Origin: a virus
Strand: one strand, 5' to 3'
Virus record (IMG/VR): IMGVR_UViG_3300012971_000890
Length of the DNA stretch: 55,171 nt
Below are positions 53,784 to 55,171 of the stretch, piece by piece (the stretch's first letter is position 1; each line of letters starts with the position of its first letter). Position numbers and translations under genes: made by a program. The notes under the pieces are model-generated. The model was not told the DNA's origin. It searched no databases and saw nothing but the letters and a program-made list of their open reading frames with translations.

Positions 53784-53856
53784 ATATGCAGTGCCCGTTC
53801 TCCAACGACTACTGGAATATTGCCCAGGTTGCCGCCTGAACTTCTACTACCCTACT

Positions 53857-54012
53857 ATGTTCATGGACGAAAGCGGACAGGTGACCGCCATCGGCCAGCC
53901 CCTCGACAAGTGCCCGACGTGCGGACACTGCGGGGACTGCCACCCCAACGGACACTGCCCAAATTTTGAAAATGCGAAGGACTTCCTCAACCCTCCCCGC
54001 CAATATCCGTGA
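53857..54012 (+). CDS. small Cys/His-rich protein (51 aa)
   Basis: CPTCGHCGDCHPNGHCP. Confidence 0.3.
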   Translation: MFMDESGQVTAIGQPLDKCPTCGHCGDCHPNGHCPNFENAKDFLNPPRQYP

Positions 54013-54238
54013 AGTAGGTATCGAGGAGAAAAACGTATACCTCATGGTCCAGCTTCTCCAGGGCCTTTGCCGGCGGATCGGGAAGCGACATCAGGTGGAT
54101 GCGGAGCTTTCGTAGTTTCTCAGCCTTGCGGTGGCCGTTGGGAAAGACCGCCAATGCCTCCTCCAGCCAGTCCTCAACCATATGTACTCCTTTCCGAAAG
54201 GGATGGTGGAGTCTATCAGACGAGGATGATGGAGTCAA
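53987..54238 (-). CDS. hypothetical small protein
   Basis: 83 aa. Confidence 0.3.
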   Translation of the reverse strand: MTPSSSSDRLHHPFRKGVHMVEDWLEEALAVFPNGHRKAEKLRKLRIHLMSLPDPPAKALEKLDHEVYVFLLDTYFTDIGGEG

Positions 54239-54289
54239 CCAAACGAAGCAGGCGTTGCAAGTGCAACGCCTGTTTCATCTTACGCCGCC

Positions 54290-54499
54290 TTAAAACAACC
54301 GTTGGTTGCAGACGGTCACGGCAGCAACGAATGCGCCGTGGGTCGAGCTACAAATCTGGTTGGGGTTGATCTTCGGGCACTGCGGGAAGAAAAGTCGCCA
54401 CGTCACGCAAGTCACGTTGTCAGCCTGGATGCTGGCGTTGTAATACTTGCAGGCCATGATCGGCGCGGGTGATGTCGGGCTTTGCGCACACTTGCTCAT
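54290..54499 (-). CDS. small Cys-rich protein
   Basis: 69 aa. Confidence 0.3.
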   Translation of the reverse strand: MSKCAQSPTSPAPIMACKYYNASIQADNVTCVTWRLFFPQCPKINPNQICSSTHGAFVAAVTVCNQRLF

Positions 54500-54544
54500 A
54501 TTGGTCCTCCACGTTGGTTATAACCAGTCAGTGTATGTAGGCCC

Positions 54545-55171
54545 TTACTTGTATTTTTTGATGTCCGAGATACATTTTTCCCGGTTGCCCTCCATGACCT
54601 GCCGCAAGTACGGTTTCTTTTGCAACAAGGTATTGATGGTCACCCCGCCCTCGTGGCGAACCCAGCTTTTGCCGCATATACCCTGCTTGAACTTAAAATA
54701 ACGCATCCGGTGGGCTAGTTCCTCGTCCTCGTACATGGCGTAGGGGTAACTTTTTATAAAGCCGCCGATGCGGTTGAACAACTCCCGGTGACACATCGCA
54801 CAAAATAAGGGAATGGCTCCGTCCTCCAATACCACGTCCTCCCCTAGTTCCCCTTTCCTGCCCACCAATCGCTCGTCCCCTGGGTTATTGGAACGTGCGG
54901 ACATTAGCCGGACATTTTTCTGCCGCAGCGCCAGCAGCGACTCTCCCAGCCGCAACATCCAGCCGCCGTCCTCCGGCACCACGTCGGAATGCACGAACAA
55001 CACCCACGGTTGCTGGGTGGCCCGGAACCCGGCCTCCAGTGCGCCACCGAAGCCCACCTGCTCGTTGAGCCGAATGGGCAACACCTGCGGTATCTTCTTG
55101 GCCTGTTCGATGAAGTCCTTGTTGGGCGAGGCGTCGTCCACCAGGCAAATTTGGTATGGGTTGCTCCGGGT
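54545..55171 (-). CDS. family-2 glycosyltransferase, N-terminus beyond window end
   Basis: Open frame continues to the window edge (..QICLVDDASPNKD = DDxS motif); C-terminal part fits the GT2 pattern. Confidence 0.6.
   Translation of the reverse strand, partial: TRSNPYQICLVDDASPNKDFIEQAKKIPQVLPIRLNEQVGFGGALEAGFRATQQPWVLFVHSDVVPEDGGWMLRLGESLLALRQKNVRLMSARSNNPGDERLVGRKGELGEDVVLEDGAIPLFCAMCHRELFNRIGGFIKSYPYAMYEDEELAHRMRYFKFKQGICGKSWVRHEGGVTINTLLQKKPYLRQVMEGNREKCISDIKKYK

Noticed and set aside
1-55171. CRISPR arrays, rRNA, integrase/att sites or transposase
   Set aside because: No regularly spaced direct repeats, no rRNA-like conserved strings and no recombinase motifs were found. The only mobile-like signal is the Endo VII cassette, which is reported as a finding.

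Overview
This is a 55-kb, ~60% GC block of about 90 tightly packed genes, almost all on the minus strand. Many adjacent genes share ATGA or GTGA stop/start overlaps, small Cys-rich and zinc-ribbon ORFs are frequent, and no rRNA, tRNA or CRISPR was found. The compact single-orientation layout, the repeated promoter and the gene content point to a non-structural (early/middle, auxiliary) region of a very large dsDNA phage or phage-like virus, not a bacterial chromosome. Three things stand out. (1) A promoter element on the minus strand, C-TTTACA-AC followed 16-18 nt later by a TAnnAT hexamer, occurs 12 times, always in intergenic gaps immediately upstream of gene starts; the element itself encodes a sigma-70-family sigma factor whose own gene sits behind the copy with the most canonical -10. 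(2) A eukaryote-like ADP-ribosylation and NAD toolkit is present: a WGR-PARP catalytic homolog, a macro domain, a DraG/ARH3-type ADP-ribosylglycohydrolase, a Nudix hydrolase, a PRPP-synthetase homolog and a CinA_C-NMN adenylyltransferase fusion. (3) A dispersed RNA-repair set is present: three ATP-dependent RNA ligase homologs, a P-loop polynucleotide-kinase-like protein, a calcineurin-type phosphoesterase and a NYN RNase. Other cargo includes a SpoT-like HD (p)ppGpp hydrolase, a PAS-rich hybrid histidine kinase, CsrA, ClpX, a site-2 (M50) protease, an ARC/Mpa-like AAA+ ATPase, a SprT-like protease, PurE, FolD, a ParB-like protein, an HNH nuclease, an Endo VII nuclease next to a VOC enzyme on the opposite strand, and two signal-peptide secreted proteins. 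Nine rho-independent terminators on the minus strand are annotated; two of them are copies of the same CTGGCCAGGTG hairpin and lie immediately upstream of the next gene's start. All calls rest on motif reading by eye; none was verified by database search.
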